From a virus (taxonomy: Duplodnaviria > Caudoviricetes): DNA of 54,271 nucleotides. Under the pieces are notes generated by a model, which worked only from the letters and a program-made list of their open reading frames with translations, did not search any database and was not told the DNA's origin. This document shows, in pieces, positions 9,416 to 19,794 of this stretch; position 1 is the first letter of the stretch; each line of letters opens with the position of its first letter. Location: IMG/VR virus record IMGVR_UViG_3300023172_000037, positions 1 through 54,271 of that record. The stretch is one strand, 5' to 3'. Both the position numbers and the translations under genes were made by a program.

Positions 9416-10403
9416 CTATCTTCTCCTTATATTTATTAAGTTTGCCGAGAACCTTGTGTGCTCTAGCTTTGCACGTACCATTTTCCAATAACCATTTTCT
9501 TTGTTGCTCAAATATCTTGAAATACTTGGGAGTTGGTTTTCCATCAATGACTAGAGTATCAATTATCGACTGAAGTTCCGTTTTAGTGGAATAACTCAAT
9601 GCAGGAATTCCGTCTGGAGAACAACCTGCCGGTTTTTGGTTATAATCTCTGAAAAGTAGAACAGCACCAGCCGCCATGATTTCATAGTGACGCATTGAAT
9701 CCCATCCACCCTTCATACAAGTTAAGCCAAAGAAAGAAGAAGCCATATCATCGTAGTAATCTTCCTCGTCATCATATTTATACAGTCTCCTAGCATCTAT
9801 TCCGAGTACTTGTTGGCTAAATAGTGCATAAGGTGGAACCGTATTCTGAATCATCTGTTTTTTTCGCTCAATATCCAACGGACGAATAAGATGTTCAGGA
9901 ACACCAAAACCAGTACGCCACACATTATCTTTTCCATTTACGTACTCCTCACACCATTCCCTTTTAAAGCATGGCGTTTTAGTAATGTTCATATGGTCGT
10001 GTCCATCAATATAGACAACACCGTATTTTGCTAGTTTGTTTATTTCGGGATAATCAGGGACTCCGTAAGCATCTGTTACTCCGTAGATAACAAAGTCAAC
10101 CTCTTGAGGCTCTTTTAGAAGAACTCCTAGTTGACCAGATTCGAATATCCCCCAAAACATAGGAGGTAAAACCTTCTCTCTCTCTTCCTGCGTGATATCA
10201 GGGATTGGTTTACTAAACATTGTGAACCCCCATCCATGAATCTCATTTTTGGGAGAATCTGAGAAGTCGCCATACATGGTTTTCTTTCTCGGATAATCAA
10301 TTAAGTCATCGCGGAGTATTGATCGTAATCCAGTCAAGAGGACGTTTTCTTGATAGTCTCCTTGTGACTTTGGATCATCAGTCGTTATGTAAATTATTTT
10401 CAT
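9399..10403 (-). CDS. putative GT-B glycosyltransferase (exostosin/CgeB-like C-terminus)
   Basis: YYDDMASSFFGLTCMKGGWDSMRHYEIMAAGAV. Confidence 0.65.
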   Translation of the reverse strand: MKIIYITTDDPKSQGDYQENVLLTGLRSILRDDLIDYPRKKTMYGDFSDSPKNEIHGWGFTMFSKPIPDITQEEREKVLPPMFWGIFESGQLGVLLKEPQEVDFVIYGVTDAYGVPDYPEINKLAKYGVVYIDGHDHMNITKTPCFKREWCEEYVNGKDNVWRTGFGVPEHLIRPLDIERKKQMIQNTVPPYALFSQQVLGIDARRLYKYDDEEDYYDDMASSFFGLTCMKGGWDSMRHYEIMAAGAVLLFRDYNQKPAGCSPDGIPALSYSTKTELQSIIDTLVIDGKPTPKYFKIFEQQRKWLLENGTCKARAHKVLGKLNKYKEKIDARRG

Positions 10404-11005
10404 AAATCTTTCAGTCCTAGCCAGTGAAATCCAAATTCTTCCATATCTTTTTTGAAGGTTGACTGAATTATTTCTAATGTATTTAAAGATAAAAGTTTTG
10501 GAGAGTGGTTAACGTGACCTTCTCCCTTGATATGCGGAAATTCAATATTCTCATATCCGTCAGGGCAGCACCCCTCGAATTCTGAACCAGTAAAAGATGC
10601 TATAGAGTATAGTTTTTGTCTATGACTATCTGTATTGTAATAGAAAATCTCACCATCACCCTGTTCGAAAAAATCAACCTGTGGTCTGTTGTGATCTCCA
10701 TGCTTGGAATAACCTTCTTTACACCAGTTTTGAATCCAATGATCTACTTCATCAGGATTTTGAACTCTTCCTCTCGCATCGCTTAATGCCCGAAAAACAG
10801 GATGCCTAACAATAGTAAATATATAATCAAATTCACCCCAATCCTTCCAATATTGTCTAGTAGCATGTTGCTGTCCATGACCATCTTCACTCCATCTATC
10901 TATACCCCACCCACATTTTCTAAATAATTCAGTTATACTCGTTCCACCAGTTTTTGGTATATGGACATGCAGTATTCTAGTGTTATTCTTCTCGTAAATC
11001 GGCAT
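10400..11005 (-). CDS. sulfotransferase (Sulfotransfer_2-like)
   Basis: HVHIPKTGGTSI (5'-PSB loop) and IVRHPVFRALS (3'-PB motif). Confidence 0.85.
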   Translation of the reverse strand: MPIYEKNNTRILHVHIPKTGGTSITELFRKCGWGIDRWSEDGHGQQHATRQYWKDWGEFDYIFTIVRHPVFRALSDARGRVQNPDEVDHWIQNWCKEGYSKHGDHNRPQVDFFEQGDGEIFYYNTDSHRQKLYSIASFTGSEFEGCCPDGYENIEFPHIKGEGHVNHSPKLLSLNTLEIIQSTFKKDMEEFGFHWLGLKDL

Positions 11006-11846
11006 TATATTTACTCTCCATTCTCAGAATCTGATTCATACACCCATCATAACTATAGAATTTTTCATATGCTATTTTGCCGTTATTTCTCAGATTTTTC
11101 ATTAGTTGTTCGTTAGCGGCTATTTCTCTTAAATAACTAGGCAATTCTTCCAACTTATCTTCGTGGCACAATACACCGTATCCTTCAAACGCGAGTACAT
11201 CAACGAATGGAATCCAAGGATCATCAAAAATATAGACCGGAATAGCTCCAGCTTCTAGTGCCTCACAAATTCTAAATGATGTTTTTCCATAGCCGCGAGG
11301 ACAAAGAGCAAACTTTGACTCATCCATCATCTTCATGAACTTTGTAAAGAAACCCTTACCTCTGCGATCTTCAACAACACAATCTTTTTCTTTTGCAAAA
11401 ACCTCTGCCATTTTCTCTCTGATTGGGTGTCTGCCCTCTATAGACCCTATGAAGGAAGCTAACTTTGGTCTTATTGAGTGTCTGTCGTCTCTGAATGATC
11501 CATGAGGGATGCAGTTGAGTGGAATTGGGTAATCACCATAGCCGCCTTGTCCATAAACAAAAATGTCTAGATCCTTAAGGTCTTGGAGAATACCATCATC
11601 CCATTGACAAATGGTGAAATACGACTTGTCTCTTGGTAAAGCATCTAGCTCTGCCTGTAGTTTAGACATATCATCATTGCCGTAGTCTTTGGAAATGTAA
11701 TAATTAGTCCAATAAACAGGAAGATAAATTCTGTCGTTAGGTTTTCTTTTTGAATCGTTATATTTAATCCCAAAATACTCTTCAAAAATTATGGCTGAGT
11801 CGGGAGGATTCTCATGGTTAGTTGGGACTTGAAATTTTCCAGTCAT
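10983..11846 (-). CDS. exostosin (GT47)-like glycosyltransferase
   Basis: ASFIGS, SKFALCPRGYGKTSFRICEALEAGAIPV; likely start ATG 11846. Confidence 0.85.
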   Translation of the reverse strand: MTGKFQVPTNHENPPDSAIIFEEYFGIKYNDSKRKPNDRIYLPVYWTNYYISKDYGNDDMSKLQAELDALPRDKSYFTICQWDDGILQDLKDLDIFVYGQGGYGDYPIPLNCIPHGSFRDDRHSIRPKLASFIGSIEGRHPIREKMAEVFAKEKDCVVEDRRGKGFFTKFMKMMDESKFALCPRGYGKTSFRICEALEAGAIPVYIFDDPWIPFVDVLAFEGYGVLCHEDKLEELPSYLREIAANEQLMKNLRNNGKIAYEKFYSYDGCMNQILRMESKYNADLREE

Positions 11847-12075
11847 TTTCTTCCATCCAATATTCAAAAAAGTCTTCTTTTGTAGTACCTCCACGCCCAT
11901 ATATAAAGTGAAAATCATTATGACACTCTATGCAGGTTGTGGCTCCATTATTGATATCAAATCTTTTTTCTGTACACCAGTCATGTCCGTCAAGATGGTG
12001 TGCGTTTAATTTCCCACCACGCTTACCGCACACAACGCATGTGTAATCATCTCTCTCAAAAACGGCTTTAGACCA
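11818..12075 (-). pseudogene. 5'-truncated HNH homing endonuclease
   Basis: Frame reads stop-WSKAVFERDDYTCVVCGKRGGKLNAHH...NGATTCIECHNDFH; no in-frame start before the first CxxC. Confidence 0.7.
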
Positions 12076-12079
12076 TTAT

Positions 12080-12871
12080 TTACTTCTGCCAACTACAGTG
12101 CCAAAGGTGGCAAGCAAGACTATAGTCCTTTACGTAATCTTCCCAATTTCCATCGTGACGTTCAGCGGCTGGAAACGGATGAAAGTAATTTGGTGGCCAA
12201 AACATGACATCATTAGGACACTCTGTACACTCGAAAATATATTTATTAACTGAGTCGGTTAATGCCCAAGGTCCAGTTTGGTAAAGAGTCCTAGTATGTG
12301 GACACTCTATTTCTTCATAACCATCAATAGTTATTCTCTCCAGTATATTTTCTAAGATCTTGTGCTTTGGTGAACACGCCATAAGGCCGTTGTTCAATTG
12401 AAAATCCCTCTCCAGACAAATACCGGCAAAGAAATTTACATTTTCAAGATCGGAAAAATCACCAAGACATATAAAATCGATATCTGAATAAATTCCACCA
12501 AAATTATAGAGAATGACATACCTAAGTATATCGGACTTCTGACCAAAATTTTTAGCAGATTCAAACATGTCCTTAATTCTATCCTCTTGGACATCCATTA
12601 TTTTATCAACTTCATCATCGGTCCATACAAATACTTCATGCTTAGGATTGTGTTCTATCCAAGTATCTATATTTGCTTGATATTCTGTTGGTAATTCGCT
12701 TCCTAACCATATGAAATGTAGCCTTTTGGGAATGTATCCCTCTTTTTCCTCTTGATTATATATCTTATTGGCTATGAGCCATTTTGTATTTAGTTTTGCA
12801 TATCTCTCATCGTAGAGTGATGTTGGAACCCAACACGCCTCATAAAAATCAACTTTTTTCATATATCGCAT
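12080..12871 (-). CDS. GT32 (OCH1-like, DxD) glycosyltransferase
   Basis: IPKRLHFIWLG; SDILRYVILYNFGGIYSDID; TGP; HLWHCSW. Confidence 0.85.
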   Translation of the reverse strand: MRYMKKVDFYEACWVPTSLYDERYAKLNTKWLIANKIYNQEEKEGYIPKRLHFIWLGSELPTEYQANIDTWIEHNPKHEVFVWTDDEVDKIMDVQEDRIKDMFESAKNFGQKSDILRYVILYNFGGIYSDIDFICLGDFSDLENVNFFAGICLERDFQLNNGLMACSPKHKILENILERITIDGYEEIECPHTRTLYQTGPWALTDSVNKYIFECTECPNDVMFWPPNYFHPFPAAERHDGNWEDYVKDYSLACHLWHCSWQK

Positions 12872-13490
12872 CGCCCCATGATTCTGTTTGCCAAGCTATC
12901 TCTGTTCTTTCAAATCCTCTATGCTCCAAGAAATCATCAATTTCCCATATCTTCGCACAATCCTTGTAGATTTCATCTCTGTTTACTTCAACTATCATTC
13001 CCTTGATATGCTCAAGATGCTTCTCAGCCCCCTTTAGAACTTCTAATTCATAACCTTGAACATCTATGTTTAAGAAGTTGTATACTGGAAGTTCTCTTAT
13101 TTCAAGGTTCTCATCAATCCAATCATCAAGTCTCATCACATTGACGTTAATCTTCTCAGTAAACTTTATTTGGGGGTGCTCTGTTAGGTGCTTATAAGGT
13201 GCCAATAAAGAACTAGAAGCACCAGATCCATTCTCTATACCACCCGGAGATTCTGAAATATACATCTCCATACTACCCTCTATATTTCCAAGTGCATAGT
13301 TTACACACTGTTCACCATCAACCATTTTAGCATCTATTATATTGAATAGATTAGGTTGTGGTTCAAATATTATTGTGTTATAAAGATCACAAGCTCTATA
13401 TTGAGATAATTCTTCACCGACAAATCCACCAATGTGAATTACTCCAGTGACTCCAACTTTGTTTACTATTTTTTGAAAATCAAATATCAT
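12849..13490 (-). CDS. FkbM family methyltransferase
   Basis: VIHIGG, FEP, SSSLL, LNIDVQGYELEVLKG. Confidence 0.85.
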   Translation of the reverse strand: MIFDFQKIVNKVGVTGVIHIGGFVGEELSQYRACDLYNTIIFEPQPNLFNIIDAKMVDGEQCVNYALGNIEGSMEMYISESPGGIENGSGASSSLLAPYKHLTEHPQIKFTEKINVNVMRLDDWIDENLEIRELPVYNFLNIDVQGYELEVLKGAEKHLEHIKGMIVEVNRDEIYKDCAKIWEIDDFLEHRGFERTEIAWQTESWGDAIYEKS

Positions 13491-13809
13491 CGATATCTTC
13501 TCCATTTGGGAAGTTAACCCCAACACCTAAAGCTTCCATAACGTATGCCGTAGATACAGTTGCCCCATAAATAAAACCATTAGCGACTTGCTTGTTATTA
13601 AATAATATACAGTTCCAACCATCTCTATAGTTTTGCATAACTAACACATTGGAGTCGCTATATTCTTCGATTGTCTCATCCGGTATGTCAACCTCTTGTG
13701 GAGTCTTAGACATTCTGTAAAAAGAGTGACCACTTCTCAGATCTTCAAGTGTTATCTCTTTACTGTCGTCTTTTTTCATTGACTTTAAATCAACTTTATA
13801 GTAAATCAT
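13480..13809 (-). CDS. hypothetical protein
   Basis: 109-aa ORF with GGAG RBS. Confidence 0.55.
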   Translation of the reverse strand: MIYYKVDLKSMKKDDSKEITLEDLRSGHSFYRMSKTPQEVDIPDETIEEYSDSNVLVMQNYRDGWNCILFNNKQVANGFIYGATVSTAYVMEALGVGVNFPNGEDIDDI

Positions 13810-14669
13810 ATTTTCTCCACATAAGAAAGAAGGTCTAGCTCTTGGTGGGGTGATACTATATCGGGCATATCTTTTACTAAATTATCTAGGTTAATTCTGT
13901 ACCCATCCTCAAATAATAGTAGAGCTTTTTCTGGGGATATCGGATATTTATCACCGCTTCTGTTTTTTGCAACATTCTGAACCCTGTTGTTTGGGCTATT
14001 AACTACGTGACTATATTTATCACAAGCCATGATTGCTGGAACTTCAAACCAAAATCTTTGCAATATACTCTCCAAATCATTAGGAGTATGCTTACATCTA
14101 AATGTTAAGTCAGTTTTGCAATTCTTTAACCAAGATGTTATTTCTTCCATGATGGGTTTTATGAGTTCTTTTCGGAACATGTGACCATCTACAGACAAGG
14201 CATAAGAAAAATATCCACCAGTAGGGATTGATGTTCTATTCCACTTAAATATGTTGTTTGAGCAAGGAAAAAAGTTGGGGATATTGTCATCTACCAGCTT
14301 TCCGTCACCTCGGTCTCTTTTGGATATATTAAGCCCCAACCTCAGAGATAAGCAGCATGAGTCACCAAATACGTCATTGATTATTTCTTCCTTAAAAAGA
14401 TGCCCAGCATAACTAAAAACGATATCATCATCAGTAAAGAAAGTGATATAATCAGAGGTAAAAGCATCAATAACTTCATCAAAAAGACTCCCTTTTTGTT
14501 GTATGAACTGTACTTTTGGGTGGTATTGCTTAAGTTGTTCATACGCCTCTCTATATGGTTTTTCAGCTTTGTATATTACTGAGCTATTATTTACCCAGTT
14601 TTTCTCAATACTTTTAAGTGTGAGATCGAGTTGTAGTGGTCTATCTTTTGAAAATATTATGTTTTGCAT
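13806..14669 (-). CDS. putative GT-A glycosyltransferase
   Basis: IIFSKDRPLQLDL..SI; FFTDDDIVF (DxD). Confidence 0.65.
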   Translation of the reverse strand: MQNIIFSKDRPLQLDLTLKSIEKNWVNNSSVIYKAEKPYREAYEQLKQYHPKVQFIQQKGSLFDEVIDAFTSDYITFFTDDDIVFSYAGHLFKEEIINDVFGDSCCLSLRLGLNISKRDRGDGKLVDDNIPNFFPCSNNIFKWNRTSIPTGGYFSYALSVDGHMFRKELIKPIMEEITSWLKNCKTDLTFRCKHTPNDLESILQRFWFEVPAIMACDKYSHVVNSPNNRVQNVAKNRSGDKYPISPEKALLLFEDGYRINLDNLVKDMPDIVSPHQELDLLSYVEKI

Positions 14670-15564
14670 ATTCAATGGTTTTCTCAAGTCCCTGCTCCAG
14701 TGTTATTTTTGGGTCAAAATTAAGATAGTACTTAGCCTTGGATATATCGAGAACTCGCCTTGGCTGTCCATCTGGCTCACTTGAATTATAGAAGATTGAC
14801 CCTTGATAATCCATTTTTTTACAGATAATTTCAGATAATTCCACAATTTTTGTCTCAACACCTGTACCGATGTTTATTGGCTCTGGCGGCAGTTCCGCAT
14901 CTAACGCTGAAATAATAGCATCAACCAAGTCATCCACATAGAGAAAGTCTCTGGTTGCCTCTCCGGTTCCCCAAAGTTCTATTTTGTGGTCTCCACTCCC
15001 TTTTGCTTGCTCAACTTTTCTGATTATTGCAGGAATAACGTGTGAAGATTGCAGATCAAAATTGTCATGAGGTCCATATAAATTGGTAGGAACTAAATTA
15101 TAAAATTCAAATCCATATTGCTTGTGGTATGCGAATCCCAATTCTGCAAGTGTCTTTTTTGCGATTCCATATGGAGCATTGGTTTCTTCTGGATACCCGT
15201 TCCAAATATCAGATTCACTAAATGGGGTTGGAGTGAATTTTGGGTATGAGCATACGGTTCCCAGCATAATAAAACGTTTACAAGATCCATGACGATATGC
15301 TGCATCAATGAGATTCATACCCATACAAAGATTGTCAAACATGAACTTTGCTGGATTTTTTTGGTTAGCCCCTATTCCTCCAACGGACGCAGCAAGATGA
15401 ATAATCGTATGTGGCTCTGTAGTGTTGAGTAGATATTCTACATGCTGTTGCTTTAGGAGATTATAATCTTTACCGCTAAAAGAGGCAAAGCTATAATCTT
15501 TTTCTTCAAGTCTTTTTATTAGGTTAGTGCCAACGAATCCTGTACCACCTGTTACTAAAATCAT
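14641..15564 (-). CDS. fcl: GDP-L-fucose synthase
   Basis: HLAASVGGIGAN, GTVCSYP, YGIAK, PTNLYGPHDNF, SHVIPA, WGTG. Confidence 0.92.
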   Translation of the reverse strand: MILVTGGTGFVGTNLIKRLEEKDYSFASFSGKDYNLLKQQHVEYLLNTTEPHTIIHLAASVGGIGANQKNPAKFMFDNLCMGMNLIDAAYRHGSCKRFIMLGTVCSYPKFTPTPFSESDIWNGYPEETNAPYGIAKKTLAELGFAYHKQYGFEFYNLVPTNLYGPHDNFDLQSSHVIPAIIRKVEQAKGSGDHKIELWGTGEATRDFLYVDDLVDAIISALDAELPPEPINIGTGVETKIVELSEIICKKMDYQGSIFYNSSEPDGQPRRVLDISKAKYYLNFDPKITLEQGLEKTIEYAKHNIFKR

Positions 15565-15818
15565 GCTCTTTCCTTGATGTTCATCTTCTTAAGTTCTATC
15601 TCACAACACTTCAACCATAATTCATCTCTTCCTATTTCATTAGCTAAAGAGATAAATCCTTTTATGTTGCACTCTACATGAACTCCAACTTCTTTTCCAT
15701 TTCTTTCTTGAAGGACACAAAGCTTATCATCGATTAAACAATACTCCATATTTTTCGAATCTTTAACCGTCCCACCGTTCATCATTATTTTCATCAGCAT
15801 CTCTGGTGCGGTTTTCAT
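15561..15818 (-). CDS. hypothetical protein
   Basis: 85-aa coupled ORF. Confidence 0.55.
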   Translation of the reverse strand: MKTAPEMLMKIMMNGGTVKDSKNMEYCLIDDKLCVLQERNGKEVGVHVECNIKGFISLANEIGRDELWLKCCEIELKKMNIKERA

Positions 15819-16021
15819 AATACCTCTTTATAAGATTTGTTTACCGATTCAATAATTTGATCAATATTGTCATTTTCTTCAAATTGTTTTTCTCCATAGT
15901 ATGGCCCCATCCAATGCATTAGGGTATACCATTTTCCGAATAGTGTTTTTTCGGTTTTTAAGGCAAATCCAACTTTTATTCTAGACCTTATATATTCATA
16001 AAGAGGACTACTTGATTGCAT
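15815..16021 (-). CDS. hypothetical protein
   Basis: 68-aa coupled ORF. Confidence 0.5.
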   Translation of the reverse strand: MQSSSPLYEYIRSRIKVGFALKTEKTLFGKWYTLMHWMGPYYGEKQFEENDNIDQIIESVNKSYKEVL

Positions 16022-17054
16022 CCTGATACTCCTTAATCTTCGGTTCTTTAATCCCGAAACCGTCTAATATTTCTTCGATACGGTGAAAATTGGTATGGTT
16101 ATCACACACCAACTTTCTTCCCGCCTCTGAAATAGACTTTCTGGCATGTTCATCTTCAAGGTATGTATATATTAAATCCTTAAATTGATCAGGTGTTTTT
16201 GCATAAAGACACCCCCTCATATCTCCAACTTTTAATTCGCCATGTAGTGTTTTTTCCAGACCTTCAACATAATCAGAAATAACAAAACCACCACAAAACA
16301 ACACTTTGAATACACGCTCATTCACATCATATCCGTATTCTTGGGCGTGTGGCTCAGACAAGTTTGGACAGATCTTAGATGAAGCAAACAAGTGTCTTAC
16401 ATTCTGATCTTCGATTGTTCCGCAATATCTATCCGTTTCAGTCCAAGGTTGATTTCCAAAAATCTTAATATTCAAACACCTATCATTACAGATAGGTAAT
16501 AGATATTTATCAATCACTTGCCCCTTGTAGGGCCAGTAACCCCCAACAAAACCAATATCGCAAGCAAGTTCTGGAACATATTTAGCGTGTGCGTATGAGT
16601 TTATGTCAGCACACATCATAATTGATTTGACCGAGACTCCGGTTTCAGCCCATTTGTTGTGAGTATTTTGTAGTGCGTACTCTGGATAATGAATATGTAG
16701 AAACACTGGTTGACCAGTCTTTTCTTTCAACTCTTCTACAGCTCTCTTTTCTTCGTCTGTAGCTTTAAGAATACGAAATCTTTCATCTGTTTCCTGAGAT
16801 CCCCAATCTGGAGCACGTAACCCAACCTTAAGGTGAGGTCTCTCTTTAATACACTCGATCACCGATTTACTAAGATTGTATGTTTGCCCAAGGAAAATAT
16901 CTGGCTCATACATATCAAAGGCGTCGTAAGCAGGAGTTTGTCCACTCCACCATAGTTTGGCTTCGTATCCGGGGATGGAATTAAAGGCGTTAGCCCAAGC
17001 TAGACGTTGATAATAGTGAGCATTTCCGTTATCGGATTGAATCATTATTTTCAT
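16008..17054 (-). CDS. CgeB-like (Glyco_trans_1_2) glycosyltransferase
   Basis: DIGFVGG; SSKICPN; NERVFKVLFCGGFVISD; C-terminal HT..HRI. Confidence 0.75.
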   Translation of the reverse strand: MKIMIQSDNGNAHYYQRLAWANAFNSIPGYEAKLWWSGQTPAYDAFDMYEPDIFLGQTYNLSKSVIECIKERPHLKVGLRAPDWGSQETDERFRILKATDEEKRAVEELKEKTGQPVFLHIHYPEYALQNTHNKWAETGVSVKSIMMCADINSYAHAKYVPELACDIGFVGGYWPYKGQVIDKYLLPICNDRCLNIKIFGNQPWTETDRYCGTIEDQNVRHLFASSKICPNLSEPHAQEYGYDVNERVFKVLFCGGFVISDYVEGLEKTLHGELKVGDMRGCLYAKTPDQFKDLIYTYLEDEHARKSISEAGRKLVCDNHTNFHRIEEILDGFGIKEPKIKEYQDAIK

Positions 17055-17770
17055 ATATTTACCTGTTCTTCTAAAAATTCCCTCATTGAATCGAGTTCAA
17101 ATATTTTCATGTTTTTTGGCTCGTAACACTTGAACTCTCCTCCACATGAAATTATAGTATTCAAGAACTCGAAAGTCAATTGTTTCTTATTGAAATCAGA
17201 GTTGATATTGATATTTTTTTTCGCCGCTTTTAATTCATCACCAGTAAGATAAGCGATTTGACACCACCTCGGCTGATCTTTAAGTCCAAAAGAAAGATTT
17301 GAGGCAAGTTTATTGTCTTTGATCACAACTCCAACCTCTCTCTCATTCATCATTCCTAATGAATCAATAGCCAAGAAAGATCTTGAATAATCAGCGTTTC
17401 TTATCGTTTCCCCATTAAATATAATGTCTCCATGAATAAAAAGAACTTTATCATTCTTCGTATTGTTCAAAGCTAATCTCAGACTAGACGCAGCCCCCGT
17501 TTTTTCATAGAGTTCGTTTTCAACAATGCGAACATTTTTATACTTTTCAGTACGCTTGCTGATTCTGTGAGAATCGTACCCACAAACAACGATTATCTCA
17601 CATCCATTGAAAGAATTATCAATAGTCTTGATTTGATGATCTATAATGCAGGAATTCTTGTATTTTATCAACGCTCTAGGTTCGTTTGTCTTTATACGAT
17701 TTCCAACACCAGCAGATAACAAAACTACTGTTGGGTTAAGTCCCTGTCTCTTAATCTGAACTGTTGTCAT
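17051..17770 (-). CDS. nucleotidyltransferase (LicC/sugar-phosphate NTP transferase-like)
   Basis: LLSAGVGNRI..PRALI; VVCGY; HGDIIF; ELDS. Confidence 0.75.
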   Translation of the reverse strand: MTTVQIKRQGLNPTVVLLSAGVGNRIKTNEPRALIKYKNSCIIDHQIKTIDNSFNGCEIIVVCGYDSHRISKRTEKYKNVRIVENELYEKTGAASSLRLALNNTKNDKVLFIHGDIIFNGETIRNADYSRSFLAIDSLGMMNEREVGVVIKDNKLASNLSFGLKDQPRWCQIAYLTGDELKAAKKNININSDFNKKQLTFEFLNTIISCGGEFKCYEPKNMKIFELDSMREFLEEQVNI

Positions 17771-18592
17771 TTAGCCACCCATGATTATTTGTGCATTCTG
17801 CTGAAAAATCTCTGGAGTCATTTGAAGACTTTGGTTGTCTCCGTGTTCTTTAGCCAGTGAAAGAGTTTCTGGCACATGAACCATAATACAATGATTAGAC
17901 AATCTCAACCATAGATCGTAATCTTCGGTACATCCAATGAATCCCTCAGATTTTGGTCCGTGAAGCTTTGGATTATAGTACTCTTTTTCTTTTGCTACTT
18001 TCTTCAAGAATTCAACCTTGACAAGAGATCCGCTAGAGACTATGCATTTATTTCTAAGGCCCAACGCTGAATAAGGCTCTTTATGCTCTCTTTTTGTATA
18101 AAACTTATCGTCATATGTTTTCAGAATATCGTAGTCAGAATAAGCGACACCAATTTCCTTATGCTCCATAAGTTTTTCGACAAGTCTAGATACTTTATTT
18201 GCATAGTATTCATCATCAGCGTCAATGATTCCTATAATCTTAGTCTTAGGAAACTTTCGTAGACCATAATTTATTCCGACATTACGAGCAACACTAGCCC
18301 CTCTATTCTCTGTCATGATAAAGAGGAGGTTGACAGAATCAATGACTGTTTCTTCCATAGAAATTTTACCACTATAGAAGGATTGATTTGTCTCCTTAGT
18401 TTCATAGCTGTCCTCATCGGCAAAGAACTCGTAATCAATCAGTTCTTGCGAACGATCTGTAGAACCATCATCAACGATAACAAGATTAAGCTGACCTTTG
18501 TAATCCTGTTCTATAATGCTCTTTATTGCACTACGAACATAGTTCTCGTAATTATAGTTTGTGAGTATGATTGTTACTTCTGGTTTTTTCAT
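17771..18592 (-). CDS. GT2 glycosyltransferase
   Basis: NYNY, VDDGSTD, ARNVG, IDADD, EDYDLWLR. Confidence 0.9.
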   Translation of the reverse strand: MKKPEVTIILTNYNYENYVRSAIKSIIEQDYKGQLNLVIVDDGSTDRSQELIDYEFFADEDSYETKETNQSFYSGKISMEETVIDSVNLLFIMTENRGASVARNVGINYGLRKFPKTKIIGIIDADDEYYANKVSRLVEKLMEHKEIGVAYSDYDILKTYDDKFYTKREHKEPYSALGLRNKCIVSSGSLVKVEFLKKVAKEKEYYNPKLHGPKSEGFIGCTEDYDLWLRLSNHCIMVHVPETLSLAKEHGDNQSLQMTPEIFQQNAQIIMGG

Positions 18593-18846
18593 AGTTTTGT
18601 GTTACATCCTTCATTGGGTCCGAATAGACTAGAAGAGAAAGTTATATTTCCACTACTAGATCTAAAAGCACCACCACTACATGTCGTAATAAAACCAGAA
18701 CAGGGGATCGTATTAATATCAGGAGAATCCAAGGGTGGATACGATAAAACTTCCGGCTTTTTTTCAAATTCTTCTGAGGCTTTAATTGCAGCAGGACCAC
18801 CAACTACAGCACCAATCAATCCCCCTAAAAAGCTTCTTCTCTTCAT
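18589..18846 (-). CDS. small protein with Tat-like signal peptide
   Basis: MKRRSFLGGLIGAVVGGPAAIKA. Confidence 0.6.
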   Translation of the reverse strand: MKRRSFLGGLIGAVVGGPAAIKASEEFEKKPEVLSYPPLDSPDINTIPCSGFITTCSGGAFRSSSGNITFSSSLFGPNEGCNTKL

Positions 18847-18847
18847 T

Positions 18848-19390
18848 TCACACAGCCCCCTTAACTTCTGAAAGTTCTCTTATTCTTTCCGCAAAAGTTC
18901 TTTTATCGACAGTTCCATCTGGATGAATTACAGGCTTGTTGCCATATAATTTCTCAAAAGCACGACAGTGGATCGTCATGCCGTGTAGTTCTTCGCCTTT
19001 ATATGGGTCGATATAGAAAACTCCGTTACCAGTTTGAAGCAATTCGTTTAATTGGGAAAAAGCATTTTTAGGAATTTCCTTATTACTTTCAAATATCATA
19101 AGATATCCCATATTGTAACGATAGCATTCATCAACAATTTCAAGATCACGATGAACAAAGTCAAAGAGTTGAACGATATTGTATTCTATATTGGTCTTCT
19201 CTTTATTCTCTGAAAGAATCTTCATTGTTTCTTCTACAAACTCAGGTCTCTTAACACAAGAAATGATTCTCGTAGGTTTGAATTCCTGTTGTTCGAGATC
19301 TTTGATTCTATCTAGAATTAGACTTGGCTCTCGGTCTCTACTAATAAGTAAAACACCAATATTTGGAGTACTATTCATTGGAATATTCAT
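18848..19390 (-). CDS. hypothetical protein (possibly degenerate GT-A fold)
   Basis: 180-aa ORF in the glycan island. Confidence 0.5.
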   Translation of the reverse strand: MNIPMNSTPNIGVLLISRDREPSLILDRIKDLEQQEFKPTRIISCVKRPEFVEETMKILSENKEKTNIEYNIVQLFDFVHRDLEIVDECYRYNMGYLMIFESNKEIPKNAFSQLNELLQTGNGVFYIDPYKGEELHGMTIHCRAFEKLYGNKPVIHPDGTVDKRTFAERIRELSEVKGAV

Positions 19391-19794
19391 CGTTTTGTCA
19401 CCATATATCCTTTAAAGTTTGCATTATATCCAGTATTTACAATCTTAAGTCCATTTTGAGAAACAAGGTTTGCAACAACATCTTCATTTAAAATGCTTTC
19501 TCTATTTCTGAGTAGTTCATTTACCTTTTCTATTTGAATTTCATCTCTCTCGTATTGAGGACAAATCAGAGACATATCAGTGTAATAAATGACAATCTGC
19601 CCCCCCATTCTCAATTTAGAGCATAGCAAAGAAAAAACATTAGGGAGTTGGTCGAACGAAATCGTCGAAAGAGTATCGTTAACAATAATCTCTTCTGCCT
19701 GTGCGTCGTCTACCAACAAATCCATCATCTTAAAATCAGAGACATGAACATATCCGTTCATCTCTGGTTCTGTTTTAGAGAAGTATACTTTCAT
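19387..19794 (-). CDS. hypothetical protein (degenerate SAM-methyltransferase-like)
   Basis: SKLRMGGQIVI resembles the methyltransferase LKPGG motif; no GxG motif. Confidence 0.45.
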   Translation of the reverse strand: MKVYFSKTEPEMNGYVHVSDFKMMDLLVDDAQAEEIIVNDTLSTISFDQLPNVFSLLCSKLRMGGQIVIYYTDMSLICPQYERDEIQIEKVNELLRNRESILNEDVVANLVSQNGLKIVNTGYNANFKGYMVTKR

